A stretch of DNA of 64,000 nt, taken from positions 4,317 to 68,316 of IMG/VR virus record IMGVR_UViG_3300042350_003685; one strand, written 5' to 3'. The notes under the pieces are model-generated. The model had not been told where the DNA came from, did not search any database, and was given only the letters and a program-made list of their open reading frames with translations. Of this stretch, positions 45,190 through 54,027 are shown one piece after another. This DNA comes from a virus. The position numbers and the translations under genes were made by a program. Position 1 is the first letter of the stretch; every line of letters starts with the position of its first letter.

Positions 45190-46338
45190 ATTTTCCAAAT
45201 AGTTCTCGTGATTTTTCTGGGTACTGAGAATGGTCTCAGCCTCTGGCCAATTTCTTCGTATCAACTGGCGACTGATATCACTGTTCAACATCTGACCTAT
45301 TAGGTTATGCCAAGGCATGCTCAAAAACTGTTTGAGTATTTCAAGATCACGCATGGGTGTAAATGTTAGAGTATTGCCAAGATGCCAGTGCTGATGATCG
45401 TTGGCAGCGCGATCCAATAGATGCAGTTCCAGCAGTTGAGGGTCTTGAATTAACTTTTTGACTTCTAGATCTTGCCTTTGGTTGATGAATAGTTCACGAT
45501 TTTTCTGCGAGTTGAAATAGTTATAGTGAAGATCATCAGGTTCAATCACTTCATGTAACATACGTCCATCGTGGCACATGTTTAGCATATTGGCCATACC
45601 AGGGTTACGCAGTGTGAATTCATCACCAGGACATCCACTGACCAACACAGTTGGCTCACGCCAGTGGTGTATTTGTTTGTATGCCCAGTTCTGTTCTGTG
45701 AGCCTATGATGATTACGCAACCAAAACCGATCAAACTCAAGATGTTCTGCTAGTACCACTTCATGTTCGATGCCCAGCTTTTGTAGATAACTCCACATCA
45801 AGGTAGTGTCAATACCGCCACTGAGAAAAATACGTACTGGTAAAGTGTTGTGTTGGAAAAAGGTCTTGAACTTGTTGATCAATATATCGTCTAAGACATC
45901 TAGTACTATACTAATCAAAGCGGTATGTTGTGGCAGCTCACCAATAATATCGTGTTTGACTTCAGTGAGGTCAAGATCCGGATTAATATGCACTGAGCTA
46001 TCAGCCCACACACTGTGTGTCAGTGGCACTAGATTGGTCAAGCCTTGTTTATCATCATACCAAAGAGGAAAACTTCTACATTCATTGTGTATTACTCTTA
46101 TGCCTGACTCTTGTATATCAAGCACACAAAAGTTTCCTTTAACAGATGCCCAAGGTGCTGCCGCTATTTCTCTTACTCGATCAGGTAAGAGACCTTCATC
46201 AGTATAACCTTTGAACATTAAAACACGATCCCAGGTGCGATCAACTTGCCATCCTTCATCAGTGTCCACGCACCAATGAAAGTATCGTATCTGTTGGCTC
46301 ATCATGGGCTTGGTATCTTTGCTAATCCAAAAGAACAT
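45169..46338 (-). CDS. Asparagine-synthase-like ATP pyrophosphatase-domain protein
   Basis: FLSGGIDT PP-loop and SG..GDE. Confidence 0.6.
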   Translation of the reverse strand: MFFWISKDTKPMMSQQIRYFHWCVDTDEGWQVDRTWDRVLMFKGYTDEGLLPDRVREIAAAPWASVKGNFCVLDIQESGIRVIHNECRSFPLWYDDKQGLTNLVPLTHSVWADSSVHINPDLDLTEVKHDIIGELPQHTALISIVLDVLDDILINKFKTFFQHNTLPVRIFLSGGIDTTLMWSYLQKLGIEHEVVLAEHLEFDRFWLRNHHRLTEQNWAYKQIHHWREPTVLVSGCPGDEFTLRNPGMANMLNMCHDGRMLHEVIEPDDLHYNYFNSQKNRELFINQRQDLEVKKLIQDPQLLELHLLDRAANDHQHWHLGNTLTFTPMRDLEILKQFLSMPWHNLIGQMLNSDISRQLIRRNWPEAETILSTQKNHENYLENLEQLVS

Positions 46339-46928
46339 TATGCGTCTCGCTTGGTAATCACTTTGTCAGCCAATCCATAGCTTACTGCCTGTTCGGCTGT
46401 CATGAAATTATCTCGTTCCATGTCTGCTTTGAGTACCTCATAGGTGTTTGGAGTGTGCTTTTCATACACACGAGTTAGTACATCTTTCCAACGCAATAGT
46501 TCTCGCGCCTGAATTTCCACATCAGTGGCTTGACCACTGGCTCCGCCCAGGGGCTGATGGATCATGTGTCTTGCATTGGGCAAAATATAGCGATGTCCTT
46601 TTTCACCTGCCATGGCCAACAGTGATCCCATGCTGGCTGCTTGGCCCATTACAATGGTATGAACAGGAGATTGAATAAACTGCATGGTATCATAGATGCT
46701 CATGCCCGCTGTAACACTACCACCGGGTGAATTGATGTAAAAATGTATGGCTTTTTTGGGATCTTCGCTTTCCAAAAACAGCATCTGTGCTACCACAAGA
46801 CTGGCTGAATGCTGTGTGACTTCTCCATCCAGCATGATAATACGGTCTCGTAATAAGCGGCTGTAGATGTCGTAACTGCGTTCTCCCTTGGAGGTTTGTT
46901 CTAACACGATGGGCACTAGATTGGGCAT
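46338..46928 (-). CDS. clpP: ATP-dependent Clp protease proteolytic subunit
   Basis: [29 protein letters not shown] (Ser), MIHQP (His) and ERDNFM (Asp). Confidence 0.95.
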   Translation of the reverse strand: MPNLVPIVLEQTSKGERSYDIYSRLLRDRIIMLDGEVTQHSASLVVAQMLFLESEDPKKAIHFYINSPGGSVTAGMSIYDTMQFIQSPVHTIVMGQAASMGSLLAMAGEKGHRYILPNARHMIHQPLGGASGQATDVEIQARELLRWKDVLTRVYEKHTPNTYEVLKADMERDNFMTAEQAVSYGLADKVITKRDA

Positions 46929-46976
46929 TGGGTCTCCTTGTTTTTGATAAGTACACTATTATAACTGATTTCATAC

Positions 46977-48527
46977 ATGATACGCAATCTTCTTGACAAA
47001 TTTGACATTTTAACCGAAAGCACCGGTATAGCTAACCGGAAACCCGGTGACGTTTTTGCCGACGGCGAAGGCAACGAAATTAGGTTCCAAAGTGTGCAAT
47101 TCTACCCCGAAGGTGGCGGCAAATATTCTAGCTCTGAAGAAACACAACAGGCCATCAATCAGGTCACTCAACAAATTGGTGCCAAGCCCATTGAAACCAA
47201 TTGGTTTCGTAAACAAACAAGATCCTTTGGTGTTGCACAGTTCCAAGACGACAACGGACGCCCGCTGTTTTTTATTAGATATTTTGACAAAGAACTTTCA
47301 CCTGATCCACGTGGTAACTATTGGGATAATCAAACCGGTCTAGGTAGTTATCGCTACAAAGGCAAAGCCGCAGTAAAAACTCAAAGCAATGCCACTCCGC
47401 AGGACATATTGTCTCAGCCTGATAATCTCTCTGCCGCAGACATCGTTCAACAGATCGAACAGAGATTTCCAGGCAGCTCATTGGTCACAGTGGCTCAACA
47501 CTTGGCTTCAGGTGGTGAACTACCGTTTTCGTTTTTGCGCCCAGCTGAAATGGATATTTCAGCGTTTCAAGACTACTTTTGTGAACTACTACAGCCTATT
47601 GCTCTACAGACAGGGCAATTTGAAGGAGAAGCTGCTGCGGCCGGTGCTGTGTTCTTGGGCGAAGGCGGATTCGCAGACACAGTGATCAGTTTCAGTAACA
47701 GCAAGACCGAAGGACTCAGCGACAGCATAATGACCTCACCAGATGGAAGATCTATCAAGGTCAGCAGCAAAGGTGGAACAGGTGCAGCAGCATCAGCGGT
47801 TAATATTCTCAATGCCTATGACGAACTTCAACGCACAGCCGCAGGACGTAAACTAACCAAAAAACTCAGCAACACTTTGGAAATACTAAACACCATCAAG
47901 AACACCGGACAAGCAGAAGCACCTTTGGTGTTGGGTCAGCAGTTTGGAATTATATCAGATCAAGACGCTGACTTTATCAAGGTATTGAAAGGCTTTAGAC
48001 CAGTGCCCTTGGAGTCTCTAAAAGATATCAGCGTACAAGGAAAAGGGCCTTCCAAGAACCTTGTGAAACTGGCCAAGGAACGCAATACCAAAGAACCAGA
48101 TAGAGTAAATCTATTTTTCCATTTGATAGCCAGTGTGGCATTTAAAGTAGCAGATCATATCAACAACAAAACTGACTTTGGCAAAGATGCTGCTGTGATC
48201 CTAAACAACAGTGCCTTGATACAGGTATACACCAAGGTATCCGCTCGAGGCCAACAATGGACTCTGCAAAAGTTTTCAAGCAAATGGCCAGGATCATTGA
48301 TCAGTGGCATTGCATTGGATCCAGCCAAAGGATATTACAGCACGGGAATCAAACAGAAATTTACCTTTACTGTGAATCCCACCAAAAAGACTCTTGATGA
48401 CCCACAGAGCGCACGTGCCGACATAGATGAACCAGATATCAAACCCAAACGCAGTTCAGTCAAGGCCTACAAACCCGAACAGCCAGTGGGCACAGAAAAA
48501 ACTCTAGGAAGAAAACGTAGAAGCTAG
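46977..48527 (+). CDS. Late-expressed protein with a PD-(D/E)xK-like motif, possibly virion-packaged
   Basis: FCELL.P...GLSDS.......IKVSSKGG; N-terminal ILTE; ATAAGTA upstream. Confidence 0.5.
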   Translation: MIRNLLDKFDILTESTGIANRKPGDVFADGEGNEIRFQSVQFYPEGGGKYSSSEETQQAINQVTQQIGAKPIETNWFRKQTRSFGVAQFQDDNGRPLFFIRYFDKELSPDPRGNYWDNQTGLGSYRYKGKAAVKTQSNATPQDILSQPDNLSAADIVQQIEQRFPGSSLVTVAQHLASGGELPFSFLRPAEMDISAFQDYFCELLQPIALQTGQFEGEAAAAGAVFLGEGGFADTVISFSNSKTEGLSDSIMTSPDGRSIKVSSKGGTGAAASAVNILNAYDELQRTAAGRKLTKKLSNTLEILNTIKNTGQAEAPLVLGQQFGIISDQDADFIKVLKGFRPVPLESLKDISVQGKGPSKNLVKLAKERNTKEPDRVNLFFHLIASVAFKVADHINNKTDFGKDAAVILNNSALIQVYTKVSARGQQWTLQKFSSKWPGSLISGIALDPAKGYYSTGIKQKFTFTVNPTKKTLDDPQSARADIDEPDIKPKRSSVKAYKPEQPVGTEKTLGRKRRS

Positions 48528-49099
48528 CCTAGATCCGCTACATGGTCGCAGATATGATACTGCAAGGCTTCTTGAGCAGAGAGATATACATCCTGTGGTG
48601 GTAACAACACTTTTCTAATCGTGGTATCATCAAGTCCAGTGGCCTTGCGATAGTGTTCTACCATGCGTTGTTCGGTAAGTTCAAATTCTTTCACAGTGGC
48701 AAATAGTTCGTGTGCTTTACCCTGACTGCCCCAACTGAACTGATGGCTGAGTATACTGGTGTTTGGTGTTAGCATGCGTCTGCCTTTGGTGCCAGCAAGA
48801 AAGATCATTAGTCCACAACTGGCTACACTACCAAGTCCCACTGTTTTGATTGGGATACGGCTACTGACCATTACATCAATCAAAGCAAATGCGTTTTCAA
48901 GATCGCCCCCGCTGCTGCATATCATGAGCAAAAGTTCTTTGTGTTTTTTCTTACGCACAAGATTTTCATGTAGAATCCATTCAATCACAGGTTTCACGGA
49001 CTCTGGGGTTATTTCATCCATGAGCACATAGATACCAGAATTGGTTAGATCCTCACTGGGACTGGAATAGTCATTTGCGTTTTTGTCTTGTGTGGTCAT
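48524..49099 (-). CDS. Divergent ClpP-like protease
   Basis: ICSSGG, VASCG (Ser), LSHQ (His) and D.YLSA.EAL. Confidence 0.85.
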   Translation of the reverse strand: MTTQDKNANDYSSPSEDLTNSGIYVLMDEITPESVKPVIEWILHENLVRKKKHKELLLMICSSGGDLENAFALIDVMVSSRIPIKTVGLGSVASCGLMIFLAGTKGRRMLTPNTSILSHQFSWGSQGKAHELFATVKEFELTEQRMVEHYRKATGLDDTTIRKVLLPPQDVYLSAQEALQYHICDHVADLG

Positions 49100-49139
49100 A
49101 AGCAGGGCAAAAATTACATTGTATGTAACTGCCTGATAC

Positions 49140-50198
49140 TTAGCGACGTATTCTGGGACAATCGCTGATTCTTACCACTTCTACCTTGGCACGATCCAGT
49201 GATTCTGTAGGCAGTTGATTATTGGGCAGTGAAATCACTATGCGCTCACGCCTAGTGGGATCAATATCTATGGCTCCTCTATGATATCGAATGAATCCAG
49301 AACTGCTTTCCACACTGTCTAGATCACCTACTCTAAAGCACTCTTGATATCGCACAGTTCCATCAACATCAAGCAAACTCAGTTTGAGTTGTGGTCTAGA
49401 CATGACCATTTCATCCCACATGATTTTAATGGCCTTTTGATCGTCAAATCCGGTGCGCTCTTTGCCAATCTGTACCACACTCACAGCATCGCAGTCAAAC
49501 CAAAAACTATTGCAATCTGTCCTGTGCGCAATGATACGCATGACCTCTTGCAAACTGCTAATGTAATTTGAGTCCCAGGCCACAGAAAAGTTTACATCAA
49601 GATAGGTATTGCGATCATTGTCAACACGCACTCGAGTTTTTTCCATGCGCACATCAAAACCACGCTGAGGGTAATCTTTCAGCACAGATGTCAGCAGCTG
49701 GTCACCGGTCTGTCTTTCACGTTGAAATGATTTGATCTGAGCACTGATACGACCACCTTCTACTACACCATCTGCCCGACTTTCTCCCAGTAGCCGATTG
49801 GCCAACTTGTTGTGACTTACCCAAACCTTCATCTGTACCTGTGTTTGGTTATCCACTGAGCGTTGGGCCACTAACTTGTAGTCATCTACATAGCCACCAG
49901 CATACACAATGATCTCATCACGTACCAATCGTGAGTTGCGAGTTTCAGTGGCCGAACTCATTACTGCACCCACTGATCGTTCCACTGCCATTCGCAAGGC
50001 CTGCTCTTGTGCATCCTTGAGATCACGACCCTGTGCTGTGACCTCAATATACACCACTTTGCGCTTGTCCTTGTTGAGAATCTCCATTAGTGCGATGCCA
50101 ATGGTCCAAGGACTGGGCATCAGCAGTTTCTCAACTGCGCTTTGAGCAGCCGCGGTGGCCATGCTCAGGCACAAAGCCACCGCTACGAGCGCCCGCAT
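49140..50198 (-). CDS. Exported protein with an LPP20/FlgT-N-like domain
   Basis: Signal peptide; A...ALR.AVE...G..+.S.T motif. Confidence 0.55.
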   Translation of the reverse strand: MRALVAVALCLSMATAAAQSAVEKLLMPSPWTIGIALMEILNKDKRKVVYIEVTAQGRDLKDAQEQALRMAVERSVGAVMSSATETRNSRLVRDEIIVYAGGYVDDYKLVAQRSVDNQTQVQMKVWVSHNKLANRLLGESRADGVVEGGRISAQIKSFQRERQTGDQLLTSVLKDYPQRGFDVRMEKTRVRVDNDRNTYLDVNFSVAWDSNYISSLQEVMRIIAHRTDCNSFWFDCDAVSVVQIGKERTGFDDQKAIKIMWDEMVMSRPQLKLSLLDVDGTVRYQECFRVGDLDSVESSSGFIRYHRGAIDIDPTRRERIVISLPNNQLPTESLDRAKVEVVRISDCPRIRR

Positions 50199-50908
50199 TA
50201 TTGGCTCATCAGGTTACGGATTTGTGGGCGTGCTGCTGCGCTCTTGGTATCCCAACGATACAGCACTCGCACGTTCTTGCCACCATTGATAGCTTCACCT
50301 TCCACAAGATACAAACCACTGATGATGCCTTTGTTGCTGGTTGTGATCACTGTGTTCACACGACTGGCAATGTTCATTGCGTCGTTGCGGATTGCTGTGT
50401 TTTCTTCGCGATTAATATCGTCTTTGTTGGCATCTTGCACAGGTTGGTCTAGATTGTTTTCTAGCTCAACGTCTGTGATACGAGCTGCCACTTGATCACG
50501 ATTGCGATTGGTAGCAAAGTTGTTGGTCTTGTTGTCGCGAGCCTTTTCTAGATTACGACTCACCATGGCCACTGACACCGAACTAGTGATAGTTTCTTTG
50601 TGTATGAAATCGTTTAGCGATTTTTTGGCTTCAAGTTCGGCCACGCGATAAGCTTCACGTACAGCATTTTCGCTGTTGCCCCACACAGGAGCATAGCCTG
50701 CGACCTCCATGGCCTGTACATTGCCTTTTAGGTCATACACAACTTTCACACCCTGACGTGTGAAGTCACTCACGACTCGTTGCTCGGATATAGCCTGCTG
50801 AGGACCAGCTGGAATATCCACACCCACACTAGGCTGCACTGGCTTGTTGGTTGAACAGCCTGTGACCAAAGCGGCCAATACCGCTGCTGCTAGAAGTTTC
50901 TGTTTCAT
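50198..50908 (-). CDS. Lipoprotein (LPP20-like)
   Basis: Lipobox VTGC; A...AE.EAK..L..FI motif. Confidence 0.65.
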   Translation of the reverse strand: MKQKLLAAAVLAALVTGCSTNKPVQPSVGVDIPAGPQQAISEQRVVSDFTRQGVKVVYDLKGNVQAMEVAGYAPVWGNSENAVREAYRVAELEAKKSLNDFIHKETITSSVSVAMVSRNLEKARDNKTNNFATNRNRDQVAARITDVELENNLDQPVQDANKDDINREENTAIRNDAMNIASRVNTVITTSNKGIISGLYLVEGEAINGGKNVRVLYRWDTKSAAARPQIRNLMSQ

Positions 50909-51027
50909 TTGTTTTTGATCCATTCCCCGGCTTTAGTGAGATCGGAGCCGGCACCGGATACCGCGCCACCAATCGTTCCGCAACCAACCAAAAGGCTGGT
51001 CAAAATTGTCAAACAAAAGAATTTCAT
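50905..51027 (-). CDS. Entericidin EcnA/B-like small lipoprotein (40 aa)
   Basis: MKFFCLTILTSLLVGC-GTIGGAVSGAGSDLTKAG; AAGGAG RBS; TTGACC-N17-TAATAT at 51055-51083. Confidence 0.65.
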   Translation of the reverse strand: MKFFCLTILTSLLVGCGTIGGAVSGAGSDLTKAGEWIKNK

Positions 51028-51107
51028 TGCAACTCCTTGTGTTTCAATATGCGTATATTACAACACTGTGTATTTTTGGTCAACGATGTTGCTGCCCAAA
51101 TTTTACC

Positions 51108-51134
51108 AAAAAAAAATCCCGCCTAAGCGGGATT
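51108..51134 (-). terminator. Rho-independent terminator
   Basis: AATCCCGC-TTAG-GCGGGATT followed by a long T-run. Confidence 0.85.
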
Positions 51135-51148
51135 GGGTATCAAATGGA

Positions 51149-51511
51149 TCAAGAACTCTTTTTGCTGGTGCTGGTAGCAGCGGGAAACTGCCATTTGAAC
51201 GCATCTTTCCAAAAGCTATCAAAAAGATCTTTGGTTGCTTTTTCAGTAAGTTCTTTGATCGAAGCCTTGTTCAGCAATTCTTCAGCAGTGGTTTTGGCGC
51301 GGCTCACCACTTCTTGTTGAGCTGCTAACACTTCGTTACCGATTTGTTCTGCTGCTTTGCGGCTGGTGGCCAGAACGGATTTTACGTATCCGGTTTGAGC
51401 ATCTACTACTTCGGTTAGACTTTTGGCCAAAGTGCTGTCAGTAACATACTGGTTGATCAGGGCTTTTTTACCGTTTTGGATTGCGTCGATAGTGCTGTCA
51501 AATGTAAACAT
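51149..51511 (-). CDS. Phasin-like helical protein
   Basis: Amphipathic Ala/Lys-rich helices (IDAIQNGKK...VDAQT.Y.K); palindromic operator upstream. Confidence 0.5.
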   Translation of the reverse strand: MFTFDSTIDAIQNGKKALINQYVTDSTLAKSLTEVVDAQTGYVKSVLATSRKAAEQIGNEVLAAQQEVVSRAKTTAEELLNKASIKELTEKATKDLFDSFWKDAFKWQFPAATSTSKKSS

Positions 51512-51517
51512 GTGTTT

Positions 51518-51577
51518 CTCCTTAGTTAAGCGAGTTTACGATTCCAAGACCCGCACCATGCGGCATGCGGCATCTTG
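51518..51577 (-). promoter_or_regulatory. ROSE-like two-hairpin 5' UTR
   Basis: CUCGCUU-aacu-AAGGAG anti-SD hairpin with bulged G; upstream CAAGAU-G-CC...GG-GUCUUG hairpin. Confidence 0.6.
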
Positions 51578-51679
51578 TGTGTAACTTGATTATATATGAT
51601 ATTTATGTTGCAACGCAACATTTATTCTATTCAGATAGACTAAATTTGGTAAATATTTTTTCCTATAGGGCTCAACATC

Positions 51680-51841
51680 ATGACTTGGATTTTGGTATTT
51701 TGGTTGAACTTTCCCGAAAACTATGCGGTGCACCAACAATACCGTACCGAACGTGAATGCCGAGATGCAGAACATCTTTGGAACCGCAGGCTTACTGTGG
51801 TCAAATCTGAGATTCGCGCGGAGTGTAGACTAAAAGACTAG
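51680..51841 (+). CDS. Small two-Cys exported protein (53 aa)
   Basis: MTWILVFWL...YRTERECRD...AECR. Confidence 0.55.
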   Translation: MTWILVFWLNFPENYAVHQQYRTERECRDAEHLWNRRLTVVKSEIRAECRLKD

Positions 51842-52716
51842 TCTATCACTTGCAATTTGTGTACCCTAGCATGCTGTCCAATTTCCTCAATCAAAGCAGT
51901 GGGTTTACCGCTGTGACGAATCGTGGCCACAGTTATGGAACCTATTTCAAGTCCGGGTGTGTTTCTAGTATAACCCAACTCATGGAAAAACTTTTGATTT
52001 TTTTCAAAATACTGCCAGATGTTTCTAGCACGATTTTGGTAGTATAACTTGTTGTGCTGCCCAAACTTCACCACAAAATCAAGACTAAAATGCTGCATGG
52101 GACGAAAAGCATCCGGTGAAATGTAGCTGTCATTGTCTTGCCAAAGGCATTCTAAAGTTTTACCAATTTCACAATAGTTAAGCCTTAGGTCTCCCCAGTT
52201 TTCTTCTATGGTCATTAGTTTGAAATCATCGTGTGTTAGAGGCAATCTTGTGGGTTTGGTATGCCAGGTTACTACAAATCTAGGATCCTGTCCTAGAGTT
52301 TCTATTCGGTGTATCCAGATGTTGAGCTCGGCCACAGCGGTCTGAGCTATTGCAGGCATTCTAGTGAAAAGTTCGTTGTTTTGTTGTGAATCATAGAGTC
52401 CGTGATAGAGCTCAAACACATGATGTAAGCGATTCAAGATGTCTTGATCTGGTTCCGAACAATCCAAATTTTCTAACTCAGATACCCAGGGACGCAGGAT
52501 GTTTACCAAATTGTTGAGATGTTGCACACAGTATTCTCTTGTGAAGCGAGTGTGTGGAAAGTTGTAGAAGCGTTCTCGATCATCAAATGGAGATCCCAAC
52601 GCACAAAACATTCGAACTTGATCCAACCATCTTTGTGCTATTGGTATGTCTAGTACGTCAAATACCAGATCCATGCTCTGATTTTCAGTACCAAGTGTGA
52701 TTATTAATTGACTCAT
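51838..52716 (-). CDS. Hypothetical protein
   Basis: 292-aa ORF with LN.LH..FE..HG and NYCEIGK. Confidence 0.7.
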   Translation of the reverse strand: MSQLIITLGTENQSMDLVFDVLDIPIAQRWLDQVRMFCALGSPFDDRERFYNFPHTRFTREYCVQHLNNLVNILRPWVSELENLDCSEPDQDILNRLHHVFELYHGLYDSQQNNELFTRMPAIAQTAVAELNIWIHRIETLGQDPRFVVTWHTKPTRLPLTHDDFKLMTIEENWGDLRLNYCEIGKTLECLWQDNDSYISPDAFRPMQHFSLDFVVKFGQHNKLYYQNRARNIWQYFEKNQKFFHELGYTRNTPGLEIGSITVATIRHSGKPTALIEEIGQHARVHKLQVID

Positions 52717-52762
52717 AGCTTTTTCCGCGGGTTAAATATGTATCGTTAAAGGAGAATCAGCT

Positions 52763-52996
52763 ATGGAATTGTTGGTTATAGTATTAGTAGTATTGGGTGG
52801 AGTGGCTTGGTGGATTTGGAAAGAGCGCAAATTGGAAGAAAGCGGCCATCCTTTGGAAACCATCACTAAAAAGCTAGATGTTAACCAAGATGGCAAGATT
52901 GACGCCAAGGACGCAGAAGCAGTGGTTGAAGCTGTTAAAACCAAGGCCAAGTCCGCTGGTCGCAAAAAGAAGACAGCCGATCAAGAATCCACTTGA
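52763..52996 (+). CDS. Membrane-anchored EF-hand-like protein
   Basis: TM segment, then DVNQDGKIDAKD; AAGGAG RBS; TTAAATA upstream. Confidence 0.7.
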   Translation: MELLVIVLVVLGGVAWWIWKERKLEESGHPLETITKKLDVNQDGKIDAKDAEAVVEAVKTKAKSAGRKKKTADQEST

Positions 52997-53256
52997 TCAA
53001 TGCCTTCCACAAAGTCAAACAGCCTTTTATTGGGATTGGGGTAGATGCCGTATCGACTACCCAACTGTCCAGGTTCATTTGAACCTGAACAGTGTTCCCT
53101 ATGACTAGTGGCTCTTGGACATCTTTTGTTGCCACATTCAGGACACAAAAAAATCCGATTCATGCCCTCGGTAATAGTCATTTTGTTTTTACCGTGATCA
53201 AGCTTGAACACAATGTTGTCTTTGCGACATTCCCAGCAGTAACAATCTGATTTCAT
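52981..53256 (-). CDS. Cys-rich zinc-binding phage protein
   Basis: C.C..C and CPECGNKRCP.A..H...C..SNEPGQ.GS.Y. Confidence 0.65.
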   Translation of the reverse strand: MKSDCYCWECRKDNIVFKLDHGKNKMTITEGMNRIFLCPECGNKRCPRATSHREHCSGSNEPGQLGSRYGIYPNPNKRLFDFVEGIDQVDS

Positions 53257-53543
53257 ACTGTTAGTAGTCTTACCAACCCAACCGTATCAATGGTGGTGAG
53301 CAGAATGTAGTTAGCCAACATGCCAAAAGATTTACGGCTCCAAGCAGCCCAAGAATAGATAGCACAACAAGTGATCCACAAAGGATATAAAGCCAAGAGC
53401 GGAGGATTGGGTACCGTGATAGCCATGGTCAGTGAACATGCAATAGATCCAATCCAAGCCAGCAACTCAAGTACAAAACGCACAGGGTATGACTGCCAAT
53501 CATCGCGAATCCAATCAAATGTTGGTTTTAAGAGATCAATCAT
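53253..53543 (-). CDS. Small 3-TM membrane protein (PnuC/SemiSWEET-like size)
   Basis: Three hydrophobic helices. Confidence 0.6.
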   Translation of the reverse strand: MIDLLKPTFDWIRDDWQSYPVRFVLELLAWIGSIACSLTMAITVPNPPLLALYPLWITCCAIYSWAAWSRKSFGMLANYILLTTIDTVGLVRLLTV

Positions 53544-53716
53544 TTCTTCTCAACAACTTTTGTAAGACATAGGCTTACAAATTTTTTGTCCCATTTTTCT
53601 TTTTCAATCATACATTCTTCTCTAGTATCAAACTGCTTGGTATAAACTATCTTGATAGCAGGCGGAGGGTCTGACCATATTTGAATACTCAACACCCAGA
53701 CTATAATAGTTTCCAT
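53540..53716 (-). CDS. Small two-Cys exported protein (58 aa)
   Basis: METIIVWVL...FDTREEC...LCL; AGGAG RBS. Confidence 0.6.
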   Translation of the reverse strand: METIIVWVLSIQIWSDPPPAIKIVYTKQFDTREECMIEKEKWDKKFVSLCLTKVVEKK

Positions 53717-53742
53717 ATTAATGTCTCCTATAGTTTACTTGT

Positions 53743-54027
53743 TCACAGCGTGCCTTGTTTCACGATTTCGCGTTGTACACTGCGCCTTGCAATGAAGTCA
53801 TTGGCTAATTGTTCGGTATCAAATCTTTCTTCCATGCGCCATGTATCTGGATTTCCTGGCATGGCTGCGTACTCAAACCAAACCTCCCAGTGTGTTTCGC
53901 TTAGTGAATTTGTTTCTTTTACAATTTTGTAACGTCTAGGTCTACTGCCTCTCATGGTAAATGCTGCCATGACCAACAATAGCCCAGGCAGCACCAAAAA
54001 GTAAAATAGGTCTTGTAGCCAGTCCAT
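53743..54027 (-). CDS. Membrane-anchored hypothetical protein
   Basis: N-terminal TM; TAATG coupling. Confidence 0.6.
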   Translation of the reverse strand: MDWLQDLFYFLVLPGLLLVMAAFTMRGSRPRRYKIVKETNSLSETHWEVWFEYAAMPGNPDTWRMEERFDTEQLANDFIARRSVQREIVKQGTL

